Made by a program: the position numbers and the translations under genes. A DNA stretch of 64,000 nucleotides from Bugula neritina. Lineage: Eukaryota > Animalia > Bryozoa. Shown here piece by piece: positions 1 through 14,869 of the stretch; position 1 is the first letter of the stretch, and every line of letters starts with the position of its first letter. The notes under the pieces are model-generated. The model was not told the DNA's origin and searched no databases. It worked only from the letters and a program-made list of their open reading frames with translations. The stretch is taken from the NCBI GenBank assembly GCA_964035545.1, contig OZ037769.1:7669929-7733928 (forward strand), in the 5' to 3' direction.

Positions 1-451
1 GTGTTACGTCCAGAATGAAATGCAAAATCTTATTTCCTTTGCAGGTGGGTTAAAATTGAAATCATTAACTATTAAACATGTGTGCATATAGTCAATTCGA
101 TGCTATAAAATAATTGACAAAAAATAGACTATCACAGTTGTTTGTGCCATTTTCCACATATAAGTTGGTGTGTTTCTAACAGTGTGTAATAATGTATTTT
201 TAATAATATTATGTTATTCTGTGTCAATATAGATTTGCACTCAGTAGTTACTATTTTAATAATCAGCTTAATGCAATAGATGTGTAAAAAATGAAACGCA
301 GATTTTATGTGCTCCTGAAAGGGTACTTCATATCTTCTTAGGGCACTCTCTGCCTTTACAATTTCTCATTCCCATAATTCCAGCAGACATACTATAAAGT
401 AGCCTGCTAAAATCTCAAAAGAAATTTGAGGCTAATGAAACAGAATGGTTC

Positions 452-595
452 TATAAGCAGCTTCAAGTTGGGGGTGAATGAGTGCAGTAGTTTGAGCTAT
501 TGAATTTAATGTTGGGGGTTCCACTAAACCCCCAACTTCAAACTTGAGAGCTTTGAACTACTGCACTCATTCACCACCAACTGGAGCTGCTTATA
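452..595. repeat. Foldback inverted repeat of about 144 bp (MITE-like)
   Basis: TATAAGCAGCTTCAAGTTGGGGGTGAATGAGTGCAGTAGTT is the near reverse complement of AACTACTGCACTCATTCACCACCAACTGGAGCTGCTTATA. An inner arm GTTGGGGGTT/AACCCCCAAC also pairs. Confidence 0.75.
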
Positions 596-1909
596 AAGTC
601 ATCCCTTGAAAAATGTGCAAAACTTGGCGGCGGCTCTATCAAAGATGAGCTTAGCATAAAATATATATATGAAATAAAGTCACCCTCATTCCAAACTAAA
701 CTCAAAATCAAATTGGAGCTTTAGTCTAAGAGAGAGTCAGCATCACTTCTCCTGATAGTGTCTTGTTAGTTGCGTCTGTCTGAGTGTTTGAAACTTGTTT
801 TTACATCCTACGTAATCTAATGAGCAGGTTGCTGTGAATATGCATATTTATCTATTGTGTTGATGACATATATCACTACCAAGTTGCCATTTAGTGCTCA
901 AAATATTGCAAAGTAGTATCATGCATACAAAGCCAAGCTACAAGAGAAATAATATATGCAAGTTAAAATGGTAAACCATGTCCTAGTTACTGCTTTGCTA
1001 TCTGTAAATACTCACTGACTGAAACACTTTCCAGCAGCTAGGCTGTATGTATATTAGAAGGCAAAAACCTGTTAGATAGTGAAAAAAAGTTTCAGTGCAT
1101 GCTTATCTTTAGGGCGAGAGTTGTTATGTAGTTGTATTGGACTATCTAAGTTATACATGGTAGGCCATTGAAATGGTAATCTAGCATAAATTACTGTAAT
1201 AAGCTGATCATAATTTGTAAATGAAGCTATGAATCTGTAGTCTGCATGACTACATCCTATTATTTTCACACATTACCAGCCCAAAGTTATACTATTTCAC
1301 AGATGGTGATGGAACGCACCATAATATGATGATGTTTGCTTTATAAAAAATAAGGAAAATACCTACATATAAGTAAACAGATTATGCTAAAGCTTTTTTG
1401 TCTGCGCCATCGCAGGGAGGAAACCAACTTCTGGAGGCTGTTGAAAGACTTACAGAAATACTTCCCAAAACAAAGGTTGCTATTGGTTTAATGCAGTTGG
1501 AAATTAATAAACAATACTTCCAGAATGCTAAACGACGACTGGTCCGCCTTGGCGCCTCCTCTTAGTGGAACTGTGTGATTAAGAGTGATTTCTAGGTATT
1601 ATTAATGAGTCATTGTATAAAAAGTTAGGACAGGAACATGTACCATTGTCTAAAGCACCCTCGCGACTCAAACAACTCGATATATTTACTAGAGTATGCG
1701 GGAGACGCCCATTATATGCATTCCTGCATGACACATCATCATCATTATATGTCTGAGTCAGTTAGTCAAGTAGCACTTGCTCTTTGCTACTGAAGCTTAT
1801 CATCAAGTATGAGAAAAAATGGTCTAAACTGTATATATACTTTCTGCAAAAAAGGAGATGTAGTTGCACAGCTAGTCAAATCAACTGAACATTATATTCA
1901 AGAGCTGAT

Positions 1910-1957
1910 CCTCACCTATCCTCACTTATCTCCACTCTGTCATGTTCGGTTAGCAGA
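1910..1957 (-). mobile_element. Micro-retroposon copy 1 (48 bp) with 17-bp TSD
   Basis: Reverse complement reads TCTGCTAACCGAACATGACAGAGTGGAGATAAGTGAGGATAGGTGAGG. It is flanked by direct repeats TATATTCAAGAGCTGAT (1893-1909 and 1958-1974) and is homologous to 49030 and 51014. Confidence 0.8.
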
Positions 1958-2512
1958 TATATTCAAGAGCTGATGCAGGTTTATAATTACTTAAAGTTAA
2001 AGTTGTGTAGAATGTACTCTGTTGCTTTCAAGTGCACCACTTATACTTCTTCTGCACCCATATGTTCTCTAAAGCTGGAATAGGTGACACTCACAATGTC
2101 TATTTCGTCACAATATCGTCAGAGAGTTTTTTAAACCAGTTAAAGTTCAACTCGTCATTGAAACTGTGATCTGGTGAGGTATGTGCAGTAACAGAGAAAA
2201 TGAGAAAAGCTTGTGTTCTAGATTAGAAATGTAGCAAATGAAGTTATGTTCCACTGAACTAAAAATAATATCTTTTCAACTTCATTGTTATGTTCTATCC
2301 GGGCCCGACACCAAAATGTAATAAAAAGTTAAAGAAACTTATGCTATTTCAATTTCTCCACTACTGCTCATAGATAGATTTGGTATGTTTAGGTTTTAAC
2401 TATAATATTTAGTGTTGTAGAAGAATAAGATCTTCCGACATAATTGACCGATTTTGATTGACTGAATCATAATTACGTTTTGTTTTGTTTTGACCTTTCT
2501 AGTTTAAGAAAC

Positions 2513-2564
2513 TATCATTACCAGTTTCTTAAATTAGTTCTATTTTAAGAAACTGGTGATGATA
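2513..2564. repeat. Near-perfect 52-bp palindrome
   Basis: TATCATTACCAGTTTCTTAAA ... TTTAAGAAACTGGTGATGATA, a 21-bp stem. Confidence 0.7.
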
Positions 2565-3587
2565 TATAGTGATGAAATAGGCATTATATATGTGCCAGCT
2601 ATCAAAGCTCTAAAAATACAAATAAGAAGTTTAACCAAAATCATAAGACTATATGTGCTGTTAGCATACTAAACTCATTGTGTGATTGAGTTTTGATAAC
2701 AGCATTCAATGTTCTTTTTGAAAGTAAATTGATTTTTGTTAATTTTGCTATCATAATTATTGCCGGTGATGATAACAAGTTTTATGACTTTTAATTTTAT
2801 TTAGATGTCATACTTCTGAGTAAACAACTACAAACAAACAGGTGTAAGGTTTTCAAAAAACTTTGTTAAATGTTTGTGAGTCCAGACCTGACAGGCACCT
2901 CTCCTCTCCTCTCCCACTCCCCTCCCAAGCCAACTCTATACCAGCAAAATTTTGACTGACCAAACTTAATGTTATTTTTGTTATTTCAGTATTCAGTCAG
3001 CTGGTGTGGAAAAAATCAGTTCAAATTATTTAGGTTTAAATTTTTTCTAAATTATATGCAGAGTAAGAAAATAAGTCTATTTGAGCAACTTGCCATTAAG
3101 CACACTGAAGACCTTTTTTTAATTATAGTTGAAATTTTATGATCATTTCTAGAAAAAATACTTACACAATCTACATATGTTCTAGTGTAATTACAGCAGT
3201 GTTCTAGATTGTTATCTATCCAAACTCTAAATTAAAATCTGCAAACAATGAAATTGAAACAAACCAAATTTATGTTTAGCATTGTAACTGTTAATAATAC
3301 TTTACCACATGTTTTGTATGTTCGCCACTATTTAGTGGCAAAACCAAGAAAGAAATTGCTTCAACTATATTTAAATAGGCACTGTTATTAGTATGATAAG
3401 AGAAGCTATGTAAAGACTTATAATGTATGGAAGTAACCCTGTCCTACAGGCCAAACGCAAAGAGAACAATATTATATTAATAGATTGTTAGAGTTTTTTC
3501 ACCTTACCTGATGAGCCTATATTGTGAAACACAGCAAGCAATGAGCTAGTAAAAAGATTGGAAGTATAATGCAACAATGCCTACCTA

Positions 3588-3655
3588 TATTATGTTATAT
3601 AACCACCATATGCTATAGAACTATTATGTTATATAACCATCATATGCTATAGAAC
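3588..3655. repeat. 34-bp tandem duplication
   Basis: TATTATGTTATATAACCA(C/T)CATATGCTATAGAAC present twice. Confidence 0.8.
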
Positions 3656-6649
3656 TATTATATTATTGTAAACATTTCCTAGATAACTATTAGGTTGCTA
3701 ACATACAAAGTAGCAACAAAACTCTGTTCCTTGCCTTTTTCTTAACCGGATAATTTTGATTTAATTACAAATAAGTAACTGAAGTTTGAAAGCTTCCATT
3801 CAATAACTATTAACATCATTCATTTGCCGTTAGTTATGGTTATTTTGAGCTTTAAGAAATGATGTGTTGGCATTTAAACTTATAAATATAGAACTTTTTT
3901 GGATGCGCCAAAAATATTATGCAATAATTACTGATTCTGTAGTTACAGGTAGCTGGCTAAGCGGTAACACCTCTCGCCTGTTGTCAGGAATATTATGCTG
4001 TAGATGGACTATAATGAGGACGGTTTCATGAAGGAGGAAAAGATACTTCTTTAAACAGCAATTTATCATAAATCGAAAATTTTCGCGCATTATTATACTG
4101 CAATTTGTATTAGCGTACAAAAAGAAATAGTTATTGAAAATAATCCTTATAACATTTTAGTGACAGCTATTGTTAAAATATGATGGTATACACTTTTTAC
4201 AGCATCAACCTAAAGTTTTACCCTTCCGATTGTGACAATTTTGTTTAGGCCACAACTCCAGTGTGCAACATACTGGGGGGGGGGGTTATCTCATATAGCC
4301 TGAGAATAATAATTCCAGTACAATACTCTGTATGAAATTGCCTGAGCAATCTCTCATAATATTTCTGTAGTTGCAAACTCGTGAGTAAACAGTGATTGGA
4401 GATACTGTTTCTGTTTTGTAAAAACCTGTAATACAACAGTGCAAAATGATGGTTAAACTTTGCTAAATTAATTGCTTATAGCAACATGTAATTAAAGAAA
4501 TTTCAACAGAATTGTTGTTAATTTAATACATTACTAAATTAGATTATATTGCAACACACTCATTGATTCACAGCAATTATGGCAATGAATATTTGCAGAG
4601 GAAAGTTTTTATGGGTTGCTTTCTCTTGACATACTAGTAACAACTTAAATGGGTTTTAACTTTGTATGTTGTAACATATAGGTTTTTAGTTTACATTATT
4701 ATATATCCTCATGGTAAACCACACCTGTTCTTAGTTATGTATAATTTATAAGTAGTTACGTGACGTAATTTGCAATATTGACTTCAAGGACTTGATATAT
4801 ATCATCTAGCATTTAAAATCCTATCATGGGTGGTCTTTAGTGGTTCAGGCATCAATCTTACATTAGATTATCTATGAATTTATTATATTAGTAAGTTGCT
4901 GAAATTCGTTCATTCATTACATGGAATTATCAAGGATTAATGACTGATAATTCATGATTTTATTCACCTTACTAATCAATTTATTAGCATTTCAACACTT
5001 AACTGGTAAAGATTGGTAGAATAATACAATGTATTTGAGTTGCAACATATTACGTTGTATTTGATACCCCACGCATTAATTTGAAAATCCAACTCTCTCC
5101 CATTGTGTTTTAGCTATTACACAGCTGAGGTGTTGTGAAACATCCTTTACCTGTCAATCATATGACACCTGCTGCTCTGGTCACTAAACTGATGTGATGT
5201 CACTCAACACTTATATAGCTGCATGATTCGCTATGCCAAAACTAGATTATCCTACATGACACCTTTCACTACTCTTAGATTCTAATGTCACTCCTAATCT
5301 CCTTTCTCAAGACTTATTCTAGAGATCTAGCAATATTCCACTAAACTAAGTAATAGTGATTTATCGTTATGTGATAGACCTGAATTTCTTCATTAAGTAT
5401 CATACATTTAGTTTAGTTTAGTTAATTTCAAAACATAGCATACAATGTAAGATAAATGTTATATATTTTATTATTCAAAGTATATAGAACGAAATTTTAA
5501 GGCCTATGATGCTATAACATGGCAGTTATTTGAGGCAGTGGGCCTAGCAAAAAAATGTCAAAAAATTTGCCTTAGTTGGAAGTAGGCTACCATTGTTAAA
5601 GCAAATTTCTGATGTGAAATTGAAAGCAACATTTATATAGATAGATTACAATAACATGTATTTGAGTGATCAGTGATGTTATAGTGGATTAATGGTATAT
5701 TATACACTAAATCCAATTTTGTAAATTCCTACATAAGCCTAGATTTTCTGTTGTGCTACATGGCCCACACTAAAGCAAATTAACATTGAATTATAGTGTA
5801 AATTTGCTTTTTTATCCTATAACAGATGTATAAAACAAGCAGAATATTTATATGATGAATTTTGTTAATTAGTGCTAAATTATAGATAAAAGAACATTTG
5901 CACTGTGAAATACTATTGCGCATTGGTTTTTCCTTATAAACTAGTTTATTAATATAAAGTTGCTTAGCTAGTTGATATTATAAGCTGCATGTTTTTAAAA
6001 AAAAACTGTCTACAGAAAAGTATTTATTTTCTTTATACAAAAGTTTTTTATATAATTATCCATACATCCACAGAATTATAAAAAAATCATTTTGTATGTT
6101 TAGATACCTGATAGTATTTTTCTATAATTGATCAATAAAGGCTTTGATAGTTATTTGTAAGTAATATTTTAGCCTAGGCTCTTTTTGCTTTTCACTTAAA
6201 AATAGAGATTGCACACAGTTTTGACTTCAAAGTTCAAATATTGACTAAATGTTTGGCTTTGGCACGATCTAGATCTATACTTAGATAAAAACAACTTAAA
6301 TAGTATTTATTTCATTTTTTAGCTCAATTCTGCCACTTTAATGACCATCTAAGTTTTTGTCACCATAATTTTATATAATGTATTGCTTTGGAATGTGTGA
6401 ATAGTTTCCATTTCTGTAAAATTAAAATATCAATAGGCTATATGTGCAACATATTTATTTGAAGGGTATAAACATGTAAAGCTTGCATTTACTACAGATA
6501 AAGTATTTACAAACAATTATATGCCATTAATAATGAGTTATTACTGATTATATTTATAGCATTTTTATTATTGTTAACATTATAATGTTATTATTATATT
6601 GTAGTTACATTCTGATGCAGACTACGATTCAAATTGGAAACTGAAATTG

Positions 6650-6846
6650 TGTTCACTTACTTATAATTGGATATTTTATCGCCACGAAGAAAACCTACGT
6701 GAAATAATGTAGCCCTAGTTCCCGAAAAATTGTGTGTATACACAATATGTTTATATGACAAACGAAAGGTTTACAAAACTACACGGTCTATTATTATTTA
6801 CTCCTAAAGTTAAATTCCTTTTTCTCGGTTTCCGCTTTTGTAAGCT
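6650..6846. promoter_or_regulatory. Candidate promoter and non-coding first exon of SLC35C2, possibly bidirectional
   Basis: CpG-containing patch with a + strand donor GTAAGC at 6840 and a - strand donor (ACTTAC) near 6655, followed by AT-rich low-complexity sequence. Confidence 0.35.
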
Positions 6847-7475
6847 ATGAAGGACAATATAAATGACTATCATCATTAATGATTAATGGTTTATTACTAT
6901 TAGTATGACTCACACACCATTAATGATACTAATAACACTTATACAATATAAGTATTAGTATTATTATTACTAGCATTAAAATGGTACAATTATAACCATT
7001 AAAATATCACAACGATGATTAGTAATTTTGTTGATACTTTATAATATTAATATGTAAATTGTAATCATAATCATAATGATAATGATTGTGAATGTGTGGC
7101 ATAATGATAACTTAGCCATAATTTTTAATTAATCTGATAGTATAATTAATATTATAAGTATAACTATAACTTAAACTATAAGTATAACTATAACTTAATA
7201 ACTATAAGTTATAACATTAACAGAATACGAAATTTCAGTGTTTCTACTTTCTAGATTGAGATTTAATCAGAAATACTTATAGTTATACTTAGAGTTAGTC
7301 TAACAGTAAAACTAAATGTTATAAAATTAATATTACATTTATTGTCTATATTATAATTATATTAATATTTATAACTTTAAGTTTCACTTGCATTTTTAAT
7401 TTGATGTTGATTTTAAACTTGAAGTTATTATTAATTTCACATAATTATGATGTGATTATAAAAAACCTCACACAA

Positions 7476-7712
7476 GTTTATAATCTAAACCACAATTCTT
7501 GTTAGAAACTCCTCGTGCGTGATGGCAAAGGTTTTTTATTTTTTAAAGGGAGCTATTGCTAAGAGTTTATTTATATGATTCTGTGACACAGAAGCGATTA
7601 TGACTGGATGCTCTTTCTAACATCGCCAATGGCCTTTATTAGGGATCTGATTCATGACTATAAGCTTAGATTTACTAAGGCAGAGCTATAATCTCTAGAT
7701 CACAGCTGCTCG
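7476..7712 (-). mobile_element. tRNA-derived SINE (Meta-domain-like core), diverged copy
   Basis: Reverse complement shares GGCCATTGGYGATGTTAGRAAGAGCATCCAGTYATAAT and the 3' tail (TTCTAACA...TATAAAC) with the copy at 62061. Confidence 0.7.
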
Positions 7713-8746
7713 CTTGATTTTGATTATAAGTATCATAAAATAGTTATTATTATCATTAATCATTATGATTATAACTAAAATTAAATGATTAAATGTAATA
7801 AATCATAAATATTGTAATTGTTATTGAGTTTATTAAATCATATATCTATACAATTATAAATATTGAATTTAGTAACATTTAAAAATTATTTATAATAATG
7901 AAAATATTTATAAGTATAGCTATAAGATTCAGATTGCCATTATGATCAAGTTTAACTTCAAGTACAATTATAAGTGTATAAGTCTATAACCTAAGCTCTA
8001 ATTATGATTATCGGAAGTCAACGTTGAAATTCATCTTTAATTTAAAATTCTCTGTTATCAGCTATACTTTATTCATTTATTGTTTAACTCATACTTTTAT
8101 AGCAATCAGAAAGCATACACAAAAAGTATTGATGATTGCTAGTCTATTCATTTTATTGTGGTTGCAGGTAGTTGATGCTTTTATCATGTTGTTGAAAACT
8201 CACCTTTAAATTTCTGTTTTCATATTCATGTTTGATTGAATAATAAACCTAAACATATCTATTATATTTACAATGCTTAGTCAGACTCATGATGAAGTTA
8301 ACTTGAAAATGTCAAACTACCAATTTAAAATAATGTGAATTGCCTTATATTCTTCACATTGGTTATACTTAAAACTCGTGTGTAGAAGCTAATTTGAGAT
8401 TAAGAACAGTAACTTTAAAGTTCACATGCAAATTGTTGACCTCACTTGATATATATTCATCTTGTTCAGGTGGAAATGTAAGACTTATAGACGTTGGTTG
8501 GTTTTCACCGTCTTCTCCGCTGGTAACAAAATGGGTAAATATGATACAATTATTTTAACTACCATACTTGATGTCGCTTGATGTGATAATTTAAATACAA
8601 ATATGCCCAATGAATGCTGTAAAAGGCATGCAACTATTATTTGCACAATAAATGAAAAAATTACGTCTACAAGCCGCTTATATATGTTAATATTATTATT
8701 ATTATTAGTTGTATGTAATATTTTATATTTTGTAGGTTGCTGTAAC

Positions 8747-11700
8747 ATGATCACTACTGGTTTCATCAAGAAAGGACTTTTGACTCTGGGTCTTATTTTG
8801 TTCTATTACTTCTTTTCTATAGTTCTCACTTTCTACAACAAAATAGTTGTAACTGTAAGTTTCATTTAGCACGGGTTTGCCTAGAAGGTCTGTTGGTTGC
8901 ATGTTCATAGAATGCATAAACTTTTTTATATATAGTAATCATTTGGCCTAGTCAGTTATTTAATTTTGGATCATTTTCTCAATTTCCATAAATTCACATT
9001 TAAATTTCATAGTATACAATAGTACTATATTCTGTAAGAGTCTCGTCATGTATATTCTCATTTTTTTAATTTGTTCAAAAATGGTAGCCAGTTCATCAAG
9101 CCAAATTCTTTTAGCAATGACTTTCTACTGAATACAGCTGATGCGTGTGGAAATATGGGTTTTGTTTTTATAACTGATTCCTGCGGATCCTTAACATTCT
9201 GTTTGTAGAAGTTTAAATACCCTCTCGTCATGACGTATATACACTTGATAGTGAAGTTTGTGCTAGCTAGTTTGGTACGGAATATTCTAGAATGCAAACA
9301 GGGAAAATCTAGGGTCACTCTAGATTGGTGGACATTTTTAGTTAGTGTCGGCCCTGTAGGTAAGTTGTCTTCACATTTTCTTTGTATTCTCTTTGCATAA
9401 TATTTTCTTACACCTTTTCTGAATAACTAACTATGTTGACTGCACATACTGTATAACCAGTGTTCCTATTTGCTTGTAGGAATTACAAGTATCTTAGATA
9501 TTGGGCTATCAAATTGGAGCTTCGAGTTTATCACAGTCTCTCTGTAAGTGAAGTTCTTTATGTGTCCTTCTGTCTTGGCAATATCTATCATACTCTAGTG
9601 CTTGGTAAATTCATGACCATGTAAAATGCTGTCTGGCTCTAAAGCCTAGCTTTCAGTGTTGTAGACTTACCACTCTTTGTATTATAATATACACTTCCAG
9701 CTGCTGTCATCATGGAGGTTGCTGTCGATAAAATTGATGAATAGTCACTTCAAGTTTCTTGAGAAATTCTCAGCCTACCTACCATATAATAATATGCCCC
9801 ATACCCAGTCTAGCACCTGCTCGCAGGTTGATTTTTCAGTTGTGAAAAATATATATACCGTGTGGTAGTAACTACACACCGTGATCACTCATATGTGTCG
9901 TAAAACTTGATATGCCCAAATAGCCTTTGCTCCATAAGCAGAAACTTTCAATGCGCCGGCAAATAGTATATATATTATTTACAGATACACTATGACAAAA
10001 ACATCAGCCATAGTTTTTATTCTTATATTTGGACTTATTCTAAGAGTGGAGACTTTTGTAAGTATATGTTTTAGTCTTTTGTTTTGATATTGTTGTCTAA
10101 TGTAAATAGTTTCAATTTAATACGACACCGTTTTAGTTTAATATAATATAATAGCATTATACTGTAGTGTAATATAATACCATTATAGTGTAATATAATA
10201 TAATACAATTGTAGTTTAATATAATATCATTTTAGTTTAATATAATATAATAACATTGTAGTGTAATGTAATACAATACCATTATAGTGTAATATGATAT
10301 AATAGCATTACAAGCTAATATGATTCACAGCAAAGAAAGGATGTCAAGTGCAACATAGTATAGCTTCTATAGTTCTATATGATTTAAAAACAGATGGAAT
10401 AGTTACAACACATGAGTTGGAGTGTTTTCTTAGCTCTACCCAGTTGGTATGCTTGAATTGTCAACTGCGTTGGGTTTCACATATAGGAAAACGATCTTTA
10501 TCATTACAGTGTAGCATATAGAATTTCTTAAATATTTGTTGGTGCTAAACTATTGTTGTTTTTTCTTTAAAAGTTTCAACTTGTAAGATTTTTTATTAAA
10601 TGTATAAACCGCACAGTTTAAAAATAAATTGAAGGATGTGTGGTGATGATTTATAGATATGATATCATTGAGGATGTCTTACTTTCTCTCGAGTGGAAAT
10701 GGTACCAGTTTCTATATGAGCAATGTTTCTCTTGACACGTGTTTTGTATTTTATTACTATGCACTAAAGTGTGTAGGTAGTAGACAACCTTAAATATGAC
10801 ACAAGTTAGTCACATGATTTGTTACGAGCAAGTGCTATGAATAGTCGAATGACTCATACATTCTATTTCCTAGGGTTTATATTATCAGTTAGCCAACCAG
10901 TTTTGTGTTTTATGTGCCTTTCGTTATATAAAGTCTTTGTAATGCTAGTAACAAGTTACAATACTATCTATTGCAGAGATGGATGCAGTTGTGTGTGGTG
11001 CTGTGTATAAGTCTTGGACTATTTCTCTTCACATTTAAATCTACACAGTTTAATCCCATTGGATTTTTCATGTGTTTGGCTGCCAGTGTTACCAGTGGTC
11101 TCAGATGGGGTTTGACACAGAAAGTGGCGCAGAGGGGGGAACTGGGTAAGCTGTAGTCTTAGTTCAACTGTAGAATACCGCATTTTATTACACTTTTCCA
11201 TAATAGTATTTAATTAATTTAGATTTAAAAGTACTCAAATACTTTCTGGGTTTTTTGTTGATGCCTTTGTCCTATAAAAACAATTTTTTTGCTAAATTAT
11301 GATGGACTTATTTTCTGTGATCGTCTTTGTGACATCAGATTCCATGAGAATTTATACCTGATACAAGGTAGTTTTTTGGAATTTTTTGGTTTTGTTGTTT
11401 GCACTACTGTGAGATGTGTTAGTATTGTCTTGTATCACCTGTAGTGTGACCAGCACTATTAGTCTGTACTGTTAGTATCACCTGTAGTATGACTAGTACT
11501 ATTAGTCTGTACTGTCTTGTATCACCTGTAGTGTGACTAGTACTATTAGTCTGTACTGTTAGTATCACCTGTAGTGTTACTAGTACTATTAGTCCGTACT
11601 GTTAGTATCACCTGTAGTGTGACTAGTACTAGTAGTATGTACTGTTAGTATCACCTGTAGTGTTACTAGTACTATTAATGGGTACTGTTAGTATCACCTG

Positions 11701-14700
11701 TAGTGTGACTAGTACTACTAGTCTGTACTGTGAGTATCACCTGTAGTGTGAATAGTACTATTAGTCTGTACTGTTATTGCAGGTCTAACTAACCCCGTAG
11801 ACTTCATGTATCACATACAGCCATGGATGATATGTGGGCTGCTTCCTCTGGCAGTTGGTATAGAAGGTAACCTGCTGTACACAACCTCACTAAACATTTT
11901 ATCTGCTTGCATATTTCTACCTGAACTTTTTAAATAATGTCAAATAGTCTGGAAATATATAAATTTCGTTTAGCCTGTAGCTGTTTACATGTATATTAAA
12001 TGACTCTATGGTTAATAACTTGAAAGTTCTGTGTTGAATGACAGTCCATTATTTATTTCTATGATAAGATGATTTTTTGCCATTTGGTTTCTTATATTTT
12101 CAACTCATGTCATTTCTCTCTTAGGTTTAAAGTTTTCTGGTGACAAGAACTTCCTTGATTACAGCAGCTCCAACACGATTGAGAAGAACATGGCGGTGTT
12201 GTTAGGGGGCGCTCTGCTAGCCTTTGGTCTAGAGTTTAGTGAATTCCTTCTGGTTATGAAGACCTCTAGTTTAACTCTATCAGTGTCATCTATGTTTAAG
12301 GTGGGTAGCTAAGGCTGTTCTGTTTCAAGTTAATACATGTGCTGTTGGCACACAATTTAGTTTGTAGGGTGTGGCTAACGCAGTGTGTAGGGTGTGTCTA
12401 ACACAGTGTGTAGGGCAGGGCGAATCTTTGAGCTTTAGAGGTTCTGCATGTGCCCATAAAGTCTTGTCAAGACTGGGAAAGTCCTATGAAATACATTTAC
12501 TTGTAAGTTTAGCTGAAACTACACGAACATTTATTCAACTTTAAATTACACTTGTGCATGTATATAGCACGTGTATGGTAATGAGTAGATTTTCGGTCTT
12601 ATGGAGAATGCAGAAATTTTCTAAAATTTTTTGACATAAATGGGGTACGTTAGCTAATGTTTTTTATTCTTACATTTCATATATGACTTGAAACTGGAAT
12701 GTAATTATACAACTTGCATTATTTGATCATGTGTATGCATGGTATTAATACACTGTAAGATAATTATAATGTATAAAATCTATATTATAATATTGTATTG
12801 GCCATGCTGTAATTCACAACTTACACACATTTAAACTGTTGATGTGGCCATTTCATAAAATTCTTGAATTTTTTTTAAAAAGTTGTAAGTAGTTGTAAGA
12901 ATAAACCTTTCAACATATATTAAGTCAACTGTTAACATTCTATGTAACTCATTCTCATCTCTTATGATCCCACAGGAATGCTGCATACTTCTATTTGCTC
13001 ACTGGCTGTACAAGGATGAGATGAACTATATCAACATGCTAGGGCTGGTGGCATGCCTCTCTGGAATAGCACTTCATATTTATATCAAAGCAACAAAAGG
13101 TATTACATATTAGAAAATAATTTCATGTGCTTTGAGGGTATTGGTATTTCATTATCTCCTTTGGTATTGTTGACAGTCGATGTATGATTTTCCTGGTGCT
13201 GTACACAAGTTATCAGTGTCCCTGGTAATTAGTGATAAGCCACAATCCTCAAAATACACAAAGCATATTTTGGCTTATATTGAACACATTTAAAAACTCA
13301 TAATTTGTAATTTTGTTCTGAAAAAGTTTTCTATCTTTTTTAAATTATTTTTAATATCAATAATAGAAAGAACCACAAAATTAGCATCAAAATGCTTAAA
13401 TACCGACAGTTTAGTAAACAATTAATTTTGGATTCTCCTGTATTCCGGCTATCAGCTCAGCACTAGTATATAATATTATGCCAGTCACTTTACTCTGTAA
13501 AACTTATTTCATTGGTTTTTAAAAAATACATCTGAATTTGAGTACACAAACTTATTAATGAATTTATCAGCCCACAAGGATTATTTTAATAATTTTAGTT
13601 TATTCATTTTAGTTTTGTGATGGGCACAAAATATATATAGACTTGAATACATTTGTTTGGTGTCAATACTTTGTTGCTATTAAACAGACTCACGCTAATA
13701 TAGTTCATTTTTCTCTGACTTGTATTTTGGAATCCAAATCATCTCTACTCTGAAAATGGTTATAAAAAGTGCAGTTCAAATTGTTTTGAATTTGCAATTT
13801 TAATTTAGTAAAACTTTTTTATATTAAAAGCTATTTTTTGATGATTTGACTTAGATGTAGTATAACAAGTTTCTTAGGTTGCTGTTATGATAGCTCTACA
13901 CAGTTGTTGCTCTGTTTTTTTTTGCAACTTTATCACTTTTCTCTATAAAAAATGTTATAGCATCCGTAATAATAGGCATTATGTTTATACAATCTAGCAA
14001 TATTATTACTCATTGCAACAAATTTTAGGAATGCTTGGAGTTGCCCTCTCAAATATGTTGTATGTAGCTGTTTAAAGTGCTAAGTGCAGTGTTGATTCTT
14101 TAAAGCTGGTTTCGAAGTGTCAATTGGTTCAAATGAATTACTTATATGTCACCAATAATTTAAGTCTCATTTCACTTTTATTAAATAATTCTACAATTCT
14201 GCAAGATTTTAATTTGGTAACAAGAAGTATTCTGCTAGTAAATAAAATACCATTTTCTACTAAAATATGTGACAGTTTCAAACATTGAATTCAAAACGTA
14301 GATAGAAGGTTTCTGTACATGTAATATTATGTAATCTAGTTGAAGTTTACACCTTTTGAGTTTCATTTCTTGTAAGAGAAAGAGTTAAATTCCTCCAGCA
14401 CTAAAGATCGGCTGTTAAAATATACAATGCTATAAATTTAACTGTAAGATATATAAGTCTACCTGTAAGATATATACAGCTATCTGTAATATATATAAAG
14501 CTGCCTGTAAGATACATGAAGCTACCTGTAAGATATATAAAGCTACCTGTAAGATATATAAAGCTACCTGTAATATATATTAAGCTACCTGTAAGATATA
14601 TAAAACTACCTGTAAGATATATAAAGCTACCTGTAAGATATGTAAAGTTACCTGTAAGATATATAAAGCTACCTGTAAGATATGTAAAGTTACCTGGAAG

Positions 14701-14869
14701 ATATGTAAAGTTACCTGTAATATATATAAAGCTACCTGTAAGATATATGAAGCTACTGGTATAATGTCTTGTTTTAGTTATAACTCCTGAGAGAATGAAT
14801 GCTAAAGATGAAGCTAGCCTCAGTCTCTTAGCCAACAGTATTGAAACTGAAGAGGATACGGCCACATGA
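8747..14869 (+). CDS. SLC35C2: Solute carrier family 35 member C2 (nucleotide-sugar transporter family), 346 aa. Exons 8747-8854, 9209-9359, 9480-9543, 9985-10057, 10977-11145, 11783-11866, 12125-12300, 12976-13099, 14778-14869
   Basis: GT-AG exons join in frame. Motifs [76 protein letters not shown]..FKE. Confidence 0.93.
11420..11776. repeat. 43-bp minisatellite, about 8 copies, SLC35C2 intron 5
   Basis: ATCACCTG recurs at 11434, 11477, 11521, 11564, 11607, 11650, 11693 and 11736. Confidence 0.95.
14440..14757. repeat. 21-bp minisatellite (AAGCTACCTGTAAGATATATA)n, about 15 copies, last SLC35C2 intron
   Basis: Direct tandem array; it explains the repetitive ORFs at 14401 and 14516. Confidence 0.95.

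Noticed and set aside
600-6660. Possible minus-strand spliced gene (donors near 6655, 3506, 2093)
   Set aside because: I could not join candidate exons into a convincing ORF; may be non-coding, left uncalled
8471-8478. 8-nt 5' UTR microexon of SLC35C2 (CAG|GTGGAAAT|GTAAGA)
   Set aside because: Splice motifs only; cannot be supported without transcripts
11420-11776. CRISPR-like regular repeat
   Set aside because: Head-to-tail units with no unique spacers, inside a eukaryotic intron, and no cas genes
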